Positions 1 through 15,489 of a stretch of 64,000 nucleotides of DNA are shown here, piece by piece; within the stretch, counting starts at the first letter, position 1; every line of letters starts with the position of its first letter. The DNA comes from Octopus vulgaris (taxonomy: Eukaryota), in contig OX597814.1 in assembly GCA_951406725.2 (NCBI GenBank), positions 3,968,001 to 4,032,000 of the forward strand, given 5' to 3'. Position numbers and translations under genes: made by a program. A model generated the notes under the pieces. It did no database searches. It had not been told where the DNA came from and saw nothing but the letters and a program-made list of their open reading frames with translations.

Positions 1-1015
1 ATTTAAAATGAAGGATGACACTTTCAACATCTCTTATAAAGTTTGTTAAAGTCTCGTAAAGACTAATATATTGTTTTGTAGTCTTATACCATCTTATAAA
101 TATTATTTTGCAATAAAATACTACGGAGAGACTTTTTGAACAGCCTGTATAATATTCATAAATGCATTACTAAAGCGAATTTAAACCAGAAATCAGAACT
201 TATTTACATCCTATGTACAATGGGGTTTAACTATCGTCTGACTCTTAATCAGGCGTTTGTGATTTTATCAATTATAGCAGTATTCACATTATTCTTTGTG
301 CTTTACAGCAAAGTGCTTGAATAATAGCGGGGAGACCCTGAAGACACCCTGAAGAGACCCTGAAGAGACTCTGAAACATTAATACACAAATGGATTTAGG
401 AACGATGCGGTTCCAAAGAAAGAATAAAGGGCGAATAAGGACGCATAAGAAATCTTTTATGATAGAGATAAGATTCTAACCAAGATGTCCTTTTAATATA
501 TCGAAGAACAAACCTATATACTTATGTGTATATGTATGTGTGTGCGCGCGTGTGTGTGTGTGGCGAACGACTCTCAGTAATCCAGTTAATTCGATACATC
601 CTTTAACCTGAAATGTGAACTCTCGGCTCGTCATTCTAAACGTTTCTCCGCCGCGTGATACCCACGTGATCAGTTTACTTCTACAAAAGGATTGATGTGA
701 AATGAAACAAACTGTCAGATAGAAAAAAAAATTCTATATCACAAAATATTTTGTATATCATCTCAAATTTATGTCATATAGATTTTGTTTTCTTTTTTCT
801 TTTTTTTTTTCGTCTTCTGGGTGATATCTAATTTCGCAATACAAGTCTAATCAGACTTTGCGCCTGACAGCAGCCCAGCTCTGCTCAAAAGCCGACCCGC
901 AACAGAATTCACAAAGTACTTCTAAATTAGAGTACAGCTCACATATTCGGTAGAATTACCGTTGTCCACACAAAATTGCGAGAGTTCCACTGAAAGTAAT
1001 GCAAAAGTGGGGATA

Positions 1016-1398
1016 GGCGCAGGTATGGCTGTGGTGTAAGAATATTGCTTCCCAACCACATGGTTCTAAGATCGATCTCACTACGTGGCACTTTGAGCAA
1101 GTGTCTTCTCATTATAGCTTCGGATCGACCAAACCTTGTGAATTGAGCTGGTTGATGGAAATTGAAAGAAGCCCGTCGTACAAGTGCGCGTGCGTGCGTG
1201 TTCGTGTTTGTTGTTTGCTGCCAACTGACGCTGTTGGTGTGTTTACGTCCCCATAACTTATTGGTTCGGTCTATGGCAACGATAGAATTAGTACCAGGCT
1301 TTATATGAAAATACTGGGGTTGAATCATTCGACAAAAATTCTTCAAGGCGGTGCCCCAACATGGCCACAGTCTAATGACAGAGACAAGTAAAGGATAA
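1016..1398 (+). mobile_element. tRNA-derived SINE family A (head plus tail)
   Basis: Head ggcgcagg..ggctgtggtgtaagaa..cccaaccacatggttc with A/B-box-like motifs, body ending ggaaattgaaagaagcccgtcgta, then a tail; many homologous copies in the window. Confidence 0.85.
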
Positions 1399-1729
1399 AA
1401 AACAACTTTTAAACTGACATGGGTTATTATCTAAATTGCATATAACGGTAGAGTTACTCTTCCTCCATACAAAGGTACGATTCAGCACAGTCTCCATTCT
1501 AAGCATTGCAATGTGCCGTCGATAAACGCAACTCCCGAATCCGCTTTTCAGAAATTCAAGGGTGCAATGCTTTAGCTTCTTCTTCGCAGCCCTTTACATC
1601 TGGTCTTGTGTCATCAAATCTTTGTCCCCACTCCATTGAACCAAACCGAGGGAAGTCAGAAGGTGCCGGACAGAGGGCAAGTGACCAGCCCAGAAATGCC
1701 CTTCACCTCATCTTCTTTACTTTTATTTC

Positions 1730-1913
1730 TTTTGCTTGTTTCGGTGATCGGACTGCGGCCATGCTGGGGCACCGCCTGGTGGAGTTTTTTAGGCGAATGA
1801 ATCGACCCCAGTACCTCTTTTTAAAACCCGGTAGTTATTCTAAAGGTCCTTCGGTCAAGCGGTGGTAAGGAATACACACACACGCGCATATATACACACA
1901 CATATATACATAT

Positions 1914-2006
<93 letters not shown>

Positions 2007-2152
2007 GGGCTTTCTTCAGTTTCCGTCTACCAAATTCACTCACATGGCTTTGGTCGACCCGCAGCTATATTAGAATACACTCTTCCAAGGTTCCACGCAG
2101 TCGAATGAACCCAGAACCATGTGATTGGGATGCAAACCATGTACCACACACC
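1730..2152 (-). mobile_element. SINE family A, degenerate, with internal (TA)n
   Basis: Reverse complement of the family A tail (gactgcggccatgctgg) and head (cgggctttcttcagtttccgtctaccaaat). Confidence 0.75.
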
Positions 2153-2159
2153 CGTTGAG

Positions 2160-2900
2160 GTCTGTAGTCACGCACTGTTTCGGGCAATATTGATCATTTT
2201 CAGATTCTTGTTCACCCACTTCCTCTTAATGGCTTCCTCAAGCTTTTCGATAGTTTCAACGTACTGCTCGCCGTTCACGGTACATCAAAGTTCCAGAGAA
2301 TCAAGGAAGCTGACGTCCCTTCTCACCCCAAAAAGTAACCACCATGACTTACTGTACCGATACCTGGCTTATGGAGATATGTAGTGGCAATCCGTGGATT
2401 GAACCTCCGTTTCCAGATCATAAAGATACGCCACATTTCATCTCCTTGTCACAAGATCGGATAAGAAATGTGTTTTGATTAGCTTCAGACGCTTCCAGCA
2501 GATCAGACTTCTATCCTTCCCCATCCAAATCTGTGTCAATTGCCGAGGTACCCCTCTTGTGCACGTTTCCTTGTATCCAAAGTCTTTCACGGTCTTATGT
2601 AATGATCTCAGTTCATTTGTGCAACACGCTCACCGATTGTAACTCGTCCGTCAGCGCGAATCAATTCAGCTTCTTACTGGCGACTGATGTTACTCGTCGC
2701 AGTTGATGGTCACGCAATGCGTAACCACTGGTTTACTCTTCGTTAAATAGCATCCGACTGTATATATTGCCCTTGTCACTGATCTCATTTCTGTAAACAA
2801 CTTGTTGCCCTCAATGGATGCCGGACAGTGAGCAACCCAACTTTATTTAGAACTCAATGACGGCACGGTTTCGACTTGGAACCCGTTATTTTTCCAGTCA
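2160..2900 (-). pseudogene. Highly decayed mariner/Tc1 transposase remnant
   Basis: Minus strand near 2415-2460 reads like the IVTGDETW.Y.YDPET mariner motif, with frameshifts. Confidence 0.5.
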
Positions 2901-3584
2901 GAAAGAAGAACAAGAAGAAGAGTTACTATAGAGATAGACCTGCCCTACCTACAGGTGCAATTACAAAGACCGATGTCTTTTAATAAAAAAGATATGTCCA
3001 ATTTTGCAATATTTTGGATACAACTCTCGTATATTAGAGTTCTGCTCATGTATCTGGTAGACTCACGGCTATGCATGCAAATAGATATTCTTGGCAGCAC
3101 CCAAAATCAAAAACCATCAAAACCAATGGTTCGCAATCATCTTTTACCAATAAACCCCTTTCGTTACTATTCTGGTGAAACCCTATAGCTTCTTATTTGG
3201 TTTCCACACATTAACTTGTACCATTTTGCGATAGAACTCTCTGAGCGAATATGTTTCAGAGGCCGGAAACGTGTTAAAAATTGCTGTTTCTTGACTTAAA
3301 TTCATCTGAAGCAAACTTTTTCAGTAACACTTAGGATACTAATGTGAGTGCCTAATTTACTATTTTTACTTGGGTGGAATCCCACCAAAATCTTATATGA
3401 ACCGCCAGAGCTCCATAAAGGATGTGAACCACTGATTTTAATGATAACCGAACATTCACTTATAAAAACAGAAGCAACTCTTCTTTAGCAACGGAACTGT
3501 TACCGTCTGGAAATCTCTCTGACTTTTCAAGCTAAACACAACCTGCATTTGTGTGTAGGCCACTTTTTCAAAGATTACACATAT

Positions 3585-3672
<88 letters not shown>

Positions 3673-3689
3673 AACTTTCACGTGCTACT

Positions 3690-4215
3690 GGTAATATGTA
3701 ACCCAGTACTACCTGTTGCATGGTCGTGTAGTCGGCGACTAAACCGGCAACCCCACCAAGCTTGCATGGTGAGGAGGGTGTTTATTGGACACCCTGCTGG
3801 ATCAAAAACAAAACCCGTCAAAGGGCGGAGCAACTCTTGAAAGTCAACGGCCATCCAATAAATGTCTTAAGGCTGTATCATGCGCGGGAACATAGAAATA
3901 ATCGGACTGAATACCCGATCGCGCGGTTAAACCATTGGGAGTGAAAGACTCCTAGCCTTTGTTAGGGCATCCTTCTAGGAGAAGGTAACTCAGGTAACTA
4001 GCATAACTCTGACATAAAACCTGCGGCTCAGTGGTTACCGATGATGTTGACTTGTTCTTCTTTTCGGATTATGGCTGCTGTTGCTTAGTGAGTGGGATTG
4101 ACTCAGTGCACAGCCTTTCCTCACTTTAAAAAAATCTTCTTGCACAGGCATTGCACGATAACAACATTGATTAAGCTTCGTGCAATGGCCATACTCGATA
4201 ACGAGGGGGCAGCCA

Positions 4216-4218
<3 letters not shown>
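3690..4218 (+). mobile_element. Structured non-coding element resembling an RTE-clade LINE 5' UTR
   Basis: GC-richer island between microsatellites; motif tagggcatccttctaggagaaggtaactc; several hairpins. Confidence 0.45.
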
Positions 4219-4278
<60 letters not shown>

Positions 4279-4339
4279 TATATGTATGTATGTACATATG
4301 TATGTATTAATATATGTACATATTAATTATGACTAAGAT

Positions 4340-5240
4340 AAACAAAGTTCTTTTTAATCTAAAATATACTCTCCTTCATTTTCTACAATGCTCTTCCATC
4401 TAACTGGAAGACTTTCAAGGCCCTTCTTCCAAAATTCACTTGTTTGTGACAAAAATACTCCTCCAGTATTGTTCTCACCTCGTCTACAAAATTCATATTT
4501 TTTCCATCCAAATGATTTTGAAGACTGCAGAACAAATGATAATCAGATGGAACAATGTGCGAAGAATATGGTGGGTGGGGCATCATTTCCCATTCAAAAT
4601 GCTCCTGCCTTTGGAATTTCGTCTTCGTTGTATATGGCCGAGCATGATCCTAATGGAAGAACATCTTTCGTCTTGAAATCTAAGATGGTCGTTTTTCTTC
4701 TAACGCTGACTTCAGACGCCCAAGCTGCTGGCAGTAGATCGCCTTTGTTATCGTCTGGTATGGGTTTAAAAGATCAAAGTGGACTAAATCTTTCATATCC
4801 CACCAAACAGATAATAACAGCTTATATGGATGAAGACCTTCTTTAGCCTGGGGTGCCGGTATTTCTCCTTTCCCTAGCCACTGTCTTCGGCGCTCGACAT
4901 TTTTATAGAGAACCATTTCTCGTCACAAGTCACTATTCGGGCTAAAAAAAGTTCTTTTGTGAGACGTGATAGCAAAGAAGAAGACACATTCACTCTTTGC
5001 GCATGATCAGACTTGGAAAGTGTGTGAGGAACCCATTAACCAAATTTGACGACTTTTCCAATGGCCCGCAGGTGTCGACGAATGGTTGAGCGACCAAATC
5101 CTCTGCTAGATCCTCAGCATTTACAATGGGATTTTGTTCCACCAGTGTTTGCAGGACATCCTCGTCGAGCTCTACAGATCTTCAAGGACGAGGTTGTAGT
5201 TTCCGACTCGGAATTTCTGGAACCAGCATTGACACTGACT
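4340..5240 (-). pseudogene. Mariner (Mos1/SETMAR-like) transposase pseudogene
   Basis: Fragments PHPPYSSHIVPSDYHLFCSLQNHL (YSPDLAPSD motif) and LHPYKLLLSVWWDMK; broken by frameshifts and stops. Confidence 0.9.
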
Positions 5241-5550
5241 TACGCTTATTCTCCGATCCCCCCCCCCATATACTGCATTAATATTCTTGGCACTTTCCAT
5301 TGCTTTGTTGCCTTTATTGTTGCCTTTATCAGGAAAGATAAGGAGCCTCTTTCAGCCTCAAGACGAACAAAATCTTTTTGATGACTGCCTACATGGTGCC
5401 CACAGTTATAAAAAAACACACAAATTTCCACACAAGAACCCGGAGTTTCTACCCTTGACATGTAGCTTCAACCGTGTTTTCTGACGTGAATTTGCTACCC
5501 AGGTATCGGTTAACCGAATTTTCCATGCTAGGATAATTCATTCACCTACT

Positions 5551-5637
<87 letters not shown>

Positions 5638-5647
5638 GTATATATAT

Positions 5648-5682
5648 GTTTTTGACGAAGAGCTTCGCTCGAAACGTTAAAC
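5648..5682 (+). ncRNA. Minimal type-I hammerhead motif (C3U variant)
   Basis: GTTT-TTGACGA-A-GAGC ttc GCTC-GAAA-CGT-T-AAAC. Confidence 0.7.
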
Positions 5683-5775
5683 CCTCCTTCTTTCCTGAGC
5701 GTCCAATAACACTATACTTGTTCCACGTTCTCGCTTTGTTGTGTTTTCTCTTTGTGTTTTCATGTTTGGCTTAAC

Positions 5776-5887
<112 letters not shown>

Positions 5888-5976
5888 AGCCAAACATGAA
5901 AACACAAAGAGAAAACACAACAAAGCGAGAACGTGGAACAAGTATAGTGTTATTGGACGCTCAGGAAAGAAGGAGG

Positions 5977-6011
5977 GTTTAACGTTTCGAGCGAAGCTCT
6001 TCGTCAAAAAC
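5977..6011 (-). ncRNA. Minimal type-I hammerhead motif (inverted copy)
   Basis: Reverse complement of 5648-5682. Confidence 0.7.
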
Positions 6012-6103
<92 letters not shown>

Positions 6104-6791
6104 ATATGCATTCACAAGCATATATTTAAGTGAATATGTCTATTTTTTGTGTGTGTGTTCACGTAATGTGTCCATATACATACATGTTCATAAGTACATA
6201 CGCAAATACACGCACATACACATCTAAGGCAGTCTACCTGGCGGTAACTAGGAGCCGCACAATCCACCTTAGCTGTGAGTAAGTATTGAAATGATGTTTA
6301 GCTCTCTTAGCTGTATGTTGCTACAGTAAAATATAGTCGGTCTAGATGCGAATAGGTACCATAGGGAGGTACTGTGGAACTAAAAAGAAGGTTGATTTTG
6401 CTTAGCCCCGGGGCAGTAGTAAACGAGCAGGCCTATGGCCAAACGATTCCAGCCATGACCATCCTGATTCAGTCAATTTATATCTGGAGCTACATTCTAT
6501 ATGTCCTTGCTTTTTTGCGGTTGAATGTGCGAAGAGGGGTATTGAGCTGCTATTTTTAGCATATCTAGCAACCACTTATAAGACCTCTTTTGGGGGTCGT
6601 GACATTCTACCGTGCAGTCGTGACCTTCATTACTTCCGATGGTAAAGTCATCCTCCTTAGAGCAGTTGCCTCTCCTGGTGCAGATAAATATCACCCCGAC
6701 TTAATGCTGGGCCCAGAGATAAGAACCTCGGGCGGCTCCACATCCCTCTCAGCCCTGCATTAAACGATTAATTAAAACTATGATATTCAGT

Positions 6792-6960
6792 CTTCTTCTT
6801 CTTCTTCTGCTTCTCCTTCTCCTTCTTCTTCTTCTTCTTCTTCTTCTTCATCTTCTTCTTCTTCTTCTTCTTCTTCTTCTTCTTCTTCTTCTTCTTCTTC
6901 TTCTTCTTCTTCTTCTTCTTCTTCTTCTTCTTCTTCTTCATCATCATCATCATCATCATC
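6792..6960. repeat. (TTC)n/(ATC)n microsatellite
   Basis: Direct reading. Confidence 0.98.
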
Positions 6961-7753
6961 ACCATCAACATCTGCTTCTTGCAACTCTTTTAATGCCTCT
7001 TCGTTTCTTCGTCTCTCTCTCTCACGCGCGCGCGAATATACCGCCATCTTTCTTTGACTTCATTTCTCCTTTCCTCTCACTCACTCTCTCTCTCTCTTTC
7101 CATACCTTTTCTTTTCTCTCTCTCTGTCTCTATCTCTGTCGCTCTATCGTTTTTCCTGTTTTTCGCTCTCACCTCTTCCGTCAAACCATTACTGCTGCCA
7201 TCTTTCACTACATCGCTACCTCTCTTTCCTTCTCTCTCTCTTTCTGTCTCTCTCTCTCTCTCTCTCTCTGTCTCCGTTTTCCCCTTTCCTTTCTCTCTCT
7301 TTCTCCCTCTTTCTACTAATCTCCCTCTCTCCTCTCCTTTTCTCGCTCATTCACTCTCTCCAGTAATTCTCATTCTCTCTCTCTCTCTCTTCCTTACTCA
7401 CTACCCTCTCTTTCTCTCTCCCTCTCTCTTCCTTACTCACTACCCTCTCTTTCACTCACACACACACATGCACGCACACGCATGCACACAAACACACACA
7501 CACCACACGCACGCACTTTCACTTTCTCCCCCCCCCCCCATACACCTTCTCACCAAAGATCGCAACAGTTCGGTAATATTTCATGCTAACCATTGCCAGT
7601 CGATGATAAAATAATAAATTCCAAAGATTTCTTTGACCGAATCTCCAAATAGAGTTATGATTTCCTGTCACATCCCGGATCAACGTTGGCGGAGGGGAGT
7701 CAGTTAAAGTAGAAATATGTCCTACGATAGACAACAGGGAAAGAACCGAGCCA

Positions 7754-7802
<49 letters not shown>

Positions 7803-8025
7803 GTACTGGATTGAGGCCAAACACGAGCAGAGTAGCCGCACGGCGTTCAAACAAAGATGGCGACCATTTATATTATACGTTGAGTTGTGCCTTCGTCTTC
7901 GTGGTTCCAGCTATCTTCGGGAATCTCAAAATTATGACTCTCTATAATTGTTATCTGAATTTTCAGAGAATCATGCCATAAATTTTATTTCCCTTATCTG
8001 CACAAATTTCTCTGTGTATACGCGG

Positions 8026-8073
<48 letters not shown>

Positions 8074-8208
8074 GCGCCCACCCACGGTGATATACACAAA
8101 CAGTCACATAAATGCGCGCGTACGCACACACAGTCATACAAATACTATAAGTGTATGAATGTGTATATATATATATATACATATATATCTATATACCTAG
8201 ATGAATAT

Positions 8209-8276
<68 letters not shown>

Positions 8277-8528
8277 GTATATATAAACATTAGTATTTAC
8301 AGACATACATATTCACATATGCTCATATATATGTCTGAAGATATATATATATATATATACATACATACATACATATATATGAATACATAACTTTATATGT
8401 ATATATATATACATATATATACGTGTATAATGCATGTACTACTATGTACGTATTCAAGTATGTATGTATAATATATATATATATATATTATATATATATA
8501 GTGTATATACATATATATATATATATAA

Positions 8529-8563
<35 letters not shown>

Positions 8564-9629
8564 ATACATATATGCATACATACATACCTATACATACATA
8601 CATATATATATACATACACACACATATGTATACATACACACACATATGTATACATATACATACACTATATTTATACCAAATATTTATACTGCGTATGTTT
8701 GTTATTTTTACCTTTGTATATATACAAATGATATTCGTTATGTCACTTTATATGTACAGGTATACATATTGTGTGTCAGCGTGTGATTATCTATATGTGT
8801 GCGTGTGTATGTGTGTGTGTGTATGCCTGTAAGTATGTATATAAGTATGAGTGTAACATATGTGTAAGTCGGTGAAGAAAATGTGTGCGCGATTTGTAAA
8901 CGCGTATATATGTAAACATATATGTACAGAAGGGTGTGTGTGTGTGTGTCCGTGGGTGCGTGTATGTAGGGGGTGTGCGTGTGTGTATATGTGCGTATGT
9001 ATGTACACACATACATGCGTATTATTGTGACAATATATACATATTTATTGCCCACATGGCGCTATTGTGAGTATATATTTAGCTGAAAACATGGCTGGTC
9101 AGTTAGTGTACCTATCTCCCTGAAATCATAAGTTCTTCCATGTATTATCACACAACCACGCATGTCTGCAGCTCTGGATATACACACAGTGATATCACAC
9201 GTCTACCGGCATTCTCGGGCGCTGGACGAAAACTTAAATGTAATACCGTAAATTCTAATGTATCTTATTTCATTTTATTTCATTTCCTTGGAAAAAGACT
9301 GTTTACCTGTAAATCAACAAACCTAAGGACAATTGCTACATTTCATCTAATTATTCTTATTGTAGCCAATATATATTAGGGGGGGTGTATAGAGAGGGGG
9401 GAGAGTTTTTACATATATATAACCAGATGCAGCACGAGATTCTGTCAGTGAAAAGGTCGCGGTCTCAAAGTGGAGAAAATATTTTGGCAAATTAAATTTA
9501 AATGTTGAAGTGAATCTGACGGTTTTTGTGTGTTTCTTAAATGGCTTATAAACACCTTCCACGCTGCAATTGTTTTCGTTCCTGCACACAATCTCAGATC
9601 AGGTCACTTGCTATGCAAGTATATCTCCG

Positions 9630-9687
<58 letters not shown>

Positions 9688-9688
9688 T

Positions 9689-10800
9689 GAGTCTTGAAAC
9701 AGCTGCTTGACCATTCAGATGCCAGTGTGATATGCCTTATCTTTGGAAGGGCATTTGATAAGTTAGATCATGGTATGATATGTCATAATTTGGGAGACCT
9801 TGGCTCTGCTGGTAAGCTGGGAGTGTGGCTTCCTTCCAGCCACACTCACAAGTCAGGCAGTTGCAGTCAATGGTGCCATTTCGGAAGAAACTCAAATTCT
9901 AAGTGGCTTCCCCCAGGGAACTGTCCTGGGGTTAATATTATTTATAATGGCCCTCTTAGATATGCCCACGGTCACTGTCTCTAGCTATGCCGATGATACA
10001 AAGTTATCACAGGCAATAAAAAATCCAGATGACGTCGCAAGCTTCGAACGGGACCTCAATGCAATATATACGTGAGCTGAAATAAATAACATGCAATTTA
10101 ATGCTGGAAAATTTCAAGCCCTTCACTATCAACTCACGAAGGCACCGCAGATTGCATATTCAGGACCCGGAAGCACTGCAATTCCGGAGTCACAGACAGT
10201 GTAAGACTTGGGAATAACTGGCAGAATGGATAACTGCAGATAACTGGCAGAATGGATACTAAGGTCCTTCAAGGCAAGAGGCCAAAATGTTCTGTTGACC
10301 CTGTGGAGAACCTTTGTTCTCAACCACCTGGATTACTGCTCCCAGTTATAGTCCCCACATAGTGCCAAACTAACAGCGGAGCTTGAAGCAGTCCAATGCC
10401 ACTACACTAAGAAGATCGAAACAGTGAAGTGGATGAATTACAGGGATAGGCTGAAAAGACTGCGACTTTACTCTCTGGAGCGAGAACGTAACAGATATGC
10501 AATAATCTGCATATGGAAAACTCTGGAAGGGCTAACACCTAAGTTCGGCATTGAATCTTATATAAATGCCAGAACTAGAGGCCATTGTATTGTTCCAATA
10601 GTACCAGTCATTCCATTTAGATTCAGGACCAGGTCTTCTAATAGCCAAGGGTTCAAAGGCCCACAGCTTTTCAATGAGCTGCCAGAAAAATCAAGAAATC
10701 TACATAAGGTGGAAGTAGATGTCTTCAAAAAGGAGCGAGACATCCTCCTCTCCGCAATGCCGGATGAACCAACGGCCCGACATGAGGTGCGGACAGGGGC
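9689..10800 (+). pseudogene. CR1/L2-group LINE reverse transcriptase remnant
   Basis: AFDKLDHG, SGFPQGTVLGLILF, YADDTK, LDYCSQL, LYSLERERNRY, GPQLFN; stops and frameshifts. Confidence 0.92.
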
Positions 10801-10984
10801 AAAAGGACCAACAGCTGAGACAAACGCATATACACGACTGGTGATGTGACCCCCCACCCCACCATCCCACCTCTAGGCCTGAGGAAATCAGCAAAACCAC
10901 GGTGGTGTTCCAGCATGACCGCAGCTACATGGCTGAAACGAATAACAATATATATAAACCCTCGGCAGCAAAAAGTAGGCTTCC

Positions 10985-11026
<42 letters not shown>

Positions 11027-11278
11027 TTATATATAAACATATATGTATATGTTTACATATATATATATACATGTCTATCTATCTATCTATTTATACATGC
11101 ATAATTTACAGACACAGGCATACATACATACATACATACATACATACATACATACATACATACATTTTCTTAGTCATTGCATGGTGATAGTCATAAGCTT
11201 TAATCATATATAAAAATGCCATATATATATATATACATACATAATACATACATACATAATACATAATACATATTTATA

Positions 11279-11451
11279 GCCGCAGGCATGGCTGTGTGGT
11301 AAGAAGTTTGCTCCCCAACCACACGTTTCCGAGTTCAGTCCCACTGCATGGCACCTTGGGCAATTGTCTCCCACTATAGCCACTGGCCGACCAAAGCCTT
11401 GTGAATGGATTTAGTAGACGGAAACTGAAAGAAGCCCATCGTATATGTGTG

Positions 11452-11486
<35 letters not shown>

Positions 11487-11590
11487 ATGTATATACATAT
11501 CTATGTGTGTGTGCCTTAATGTTTGGTGAGTTTACGTCCCCATAACTTAGCGATTCGACAAAAGATACCGATAAAATAAGTTCCAGGCTT
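11279..11590 (+). mobile_element. SINE family A
   Basis: Head cgcaggcatggctgtgtggtaagaag..ccgagttcagtcccactgc; internal (TG)n; partial tail. Confidence 0.85.
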
Positions 11591-11616
11591 ATGTATATAA
11601 GGTATTTATACTGTGT

Positions 11617-11648
<32 letters not shown>

Positions 11649-11872
11649 TTATTCGTGTGTCTGTAAATATCTAATACACGCACACACACACACACACATA
11701 CATCTATATACATACATACATAAATATGTACACAGTCGAAAAGTGTGCGCGTTAAGTAATTAATATCTAAGCAATATGTGTCAAACCACGTGACAAGCAT
11801 AAAGATGGCGTTAATGCTGCAGACATTTACAAACATTCACATTTTGGGAGGGCGCGCACACACACACTCACA

Positions 11873-11912
<40 letters not shown>

Positions 11913-11943
11913 CATAAACATATATATATATACACACATATAA

Positions 11944-11985
<42 letters not shown>

Positions 11986-12067
11986 GTATATATATATATG
12001 TGTATATATATATATGTTATATATATATATGTATACATAATATATATATATATATACACACATATAA

Positions 12068-12278
<211 letters not shown>

Positions 12279-13386
12279 TAAATGTATCTGCCTTTATATA
12301 TGTAGAAACATATCTGTTTTTTAATTACTGCATACATCTACATTCATTAACGTATGTTTTATCACGCCTACCGATTGTGTATATGCATATATATCTGTGT
12401 AAGAGTGCCTAAGAGAGAGAGAGAGAGAGAGAGAGGGGGGGAGGGAGAGAGGGGGAGGGAGGGGAGAGGGAGAACGTGTATATAAAATATACAGTAATAT
12501 GAAATAGAGCGCATAATGTGTAAAATCTTACGACTTGACACACGTTTGCGTTCGTGTGTCTCCACGCCTGTAAATGCGCGCGTGTGTGTTTCCCTATGTG
12601 TGTGTGTGTGTGTGAAAGTGTCGTCTGGTCAAAGGGAATGTCGTGCCATGACACGTGTGCGAGAAACAATTTCAGAAAGATAGAACCGAGGCTCACCGTA
12701 AGAATTGGCGGATGCCATCTTTTAAAGAGAAGAGCTGAATGCGCCAAGGAGACCATTAGACCGCCTGTCACGTGGCCTAATTTCGGTACAGACCTTCTCA
12801 CACACATTGACACATACACACATACACACAATAATGTCTTCACTTTCTAACTACAGAACAATCTTTCTCTTCATCTCTTAAATACTTACATAATACACTG
12901 ACACACTCTCTCTCTCTCTCTCTCTCTCCCACGAAGCAAAGCAGGCCTTGCCGTCCACTCAAGAAAACACATTGTAAATGATCGATAAACACTCGAGCAA
13001 ACTGAGTCCTGAATTTGATCCATTTACCAAAATGTTTGCAAGGCCCCAACAGGCCCCAACAGACCCATTTGTGCCCAGATGAGCACGGGTACCGATTTAT
13101 TTTACTGACCCTTTTTGTCGTTCACGATGACAGAATCCATCCTCATACACACACACAAGCTGCAAAACTGAGTCAGAGTTTCCTGTTCCTGCTCGTCGGA
13201 CAGTTGCGATGAAACTGAATTTAAATTGTGATGGTGCAGGTGTGATGCAATATAATTAAAATACACGAATAAGAATTTAAATTTAATTGGGCAGTTAATA
13301 TTCAAAACATAACGGTGTAATATTCGTTACAAGATGGTTATTTGGGCGGGGAGGTTGAAAATTACTGGTAAAGTATAAAAATGAAT

Positions 13387-13479
<93 letters not shown>

Positions 13480-13664
13480 TGAGAGAGAGTCAGTGAGACA
13501 GATAGACAGATAGGAGGGAGAGAGAGATGCGACTCTCCACAGAGTTCACTCATAAGGTTCACTCACAAGTCATCGGTTGTCCTGTGATTATAGCAAATGA
13601 CATTTGCTCAATCTGCTGATCTTGAACCTGAAACCATGTGGTCGGGAAGCGAGTCTCTATAAAA

Positions 13665-14171
<507 letters not shown>

Positions 14172-14199
14172 CATACATATATATAGAGACATTTTTCTT

Positions 14200-14589
14200 T
14201 TACTTGTTTCAGTCATTTAACTGCGGCCATGCTGGGGTACCGCCTTTAGTTGAGCAAATCGACCCCAAGACTTATTCTTTAGAAGCCTAGTACTTAATCT
14301 ATCGGAATCGTTTATCGAACACCTAGTTACGGCGACGTAAACACAACAGCATCGGTTGTCAAGCGTTGCTGGGGTGACAAACACAGACACACACACACAT
14401 ACATCCATATATATATATATACATATACGACGGGCTTCTTTCAGTTTCCATCTACCAAATCCATTCACAAGACTTTGGTCGGCCCGAGGCTACAGTAGAA
14501 GACACTTGCCCAAGGTGCCACGCAGTGGGACTGAAGCCAGAACCATGTGGTTGGGAAGCAAGATACTTACCACACAGCCACTCCTGCGC
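14200..14589 (-). mobile_element. SINE family A, near full length
   Basis: Reverse-complement copy with tail, internal (TA)/(TG) tract and head. Confidence 0.9.
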
Positions 14590-14969
14590 CAAAAAAATAG
14601 AAAAGAATAGTCACATATATATATGAATGTATATATGTGTGTGTGTATATATATGTGTATATATATATATATACGTATATATATATATGTATATATATAT
14701 ATACATATATATACACGTGTATATATGTATATGCGTATATATATATATGTATATATGTATATGCGTATATATATGTATATATGTACGTATATATATATAT
14801 ACATATATATACGTATATATACGTGTATAGATATATGCATATATATATGCGTGTGAGTGTGTATATATATATATATATGTGTGTGTGTGTATGCATATAT
14901 ATGCATATGTCTACATACACATACATAAATATATGTGTATATACATATAAATTTATACACACACACACA

Positions 14970-15031
<62 letters not shown>

Positions 15032-15370
15032 CATTTATATCTACACATACATGCTCATGCATGCTTACATATTATATGTATTGTGTGTGTGTGTACTTCG
15101 AAAAAGGCTGCACGCACCCCCTTTGCACTCACTGAAATATGCATAAATCTGCATTGACGTATGTCAAACGCTGTTGTCGATACTGTTCCATGTGTTTGTG
15201 CACGTGTATGCACGTGGATGCACTACTGATGCACCACCCCATGTCTCCCCGCCTCCTCTACACCCTATATCAACACCTCTGCCCCCCCCCCCCATCCTCT
15301 CCCTTCAACACACCGCACAGTTTATATGCAAACGTTTATTTAAGACGAATAACTATCTGCTTTTGAATGT

Positions 15371-15404
<34 letters not shown>

Positions 15405-15451
15405 TATGTACGTATAAAAACCATTTACAAAATATTTGTGTGCGTATGTAA

Positions 15452-15489
<38 letters not shown>

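Noticed and set aside
331-382. Three tandem accctgaaga units followed by ctgaaac, HHR-like or CRISPR-like
   Set aside because: No convincing stem I or II pairing and no spacers; a short tandem repeat.
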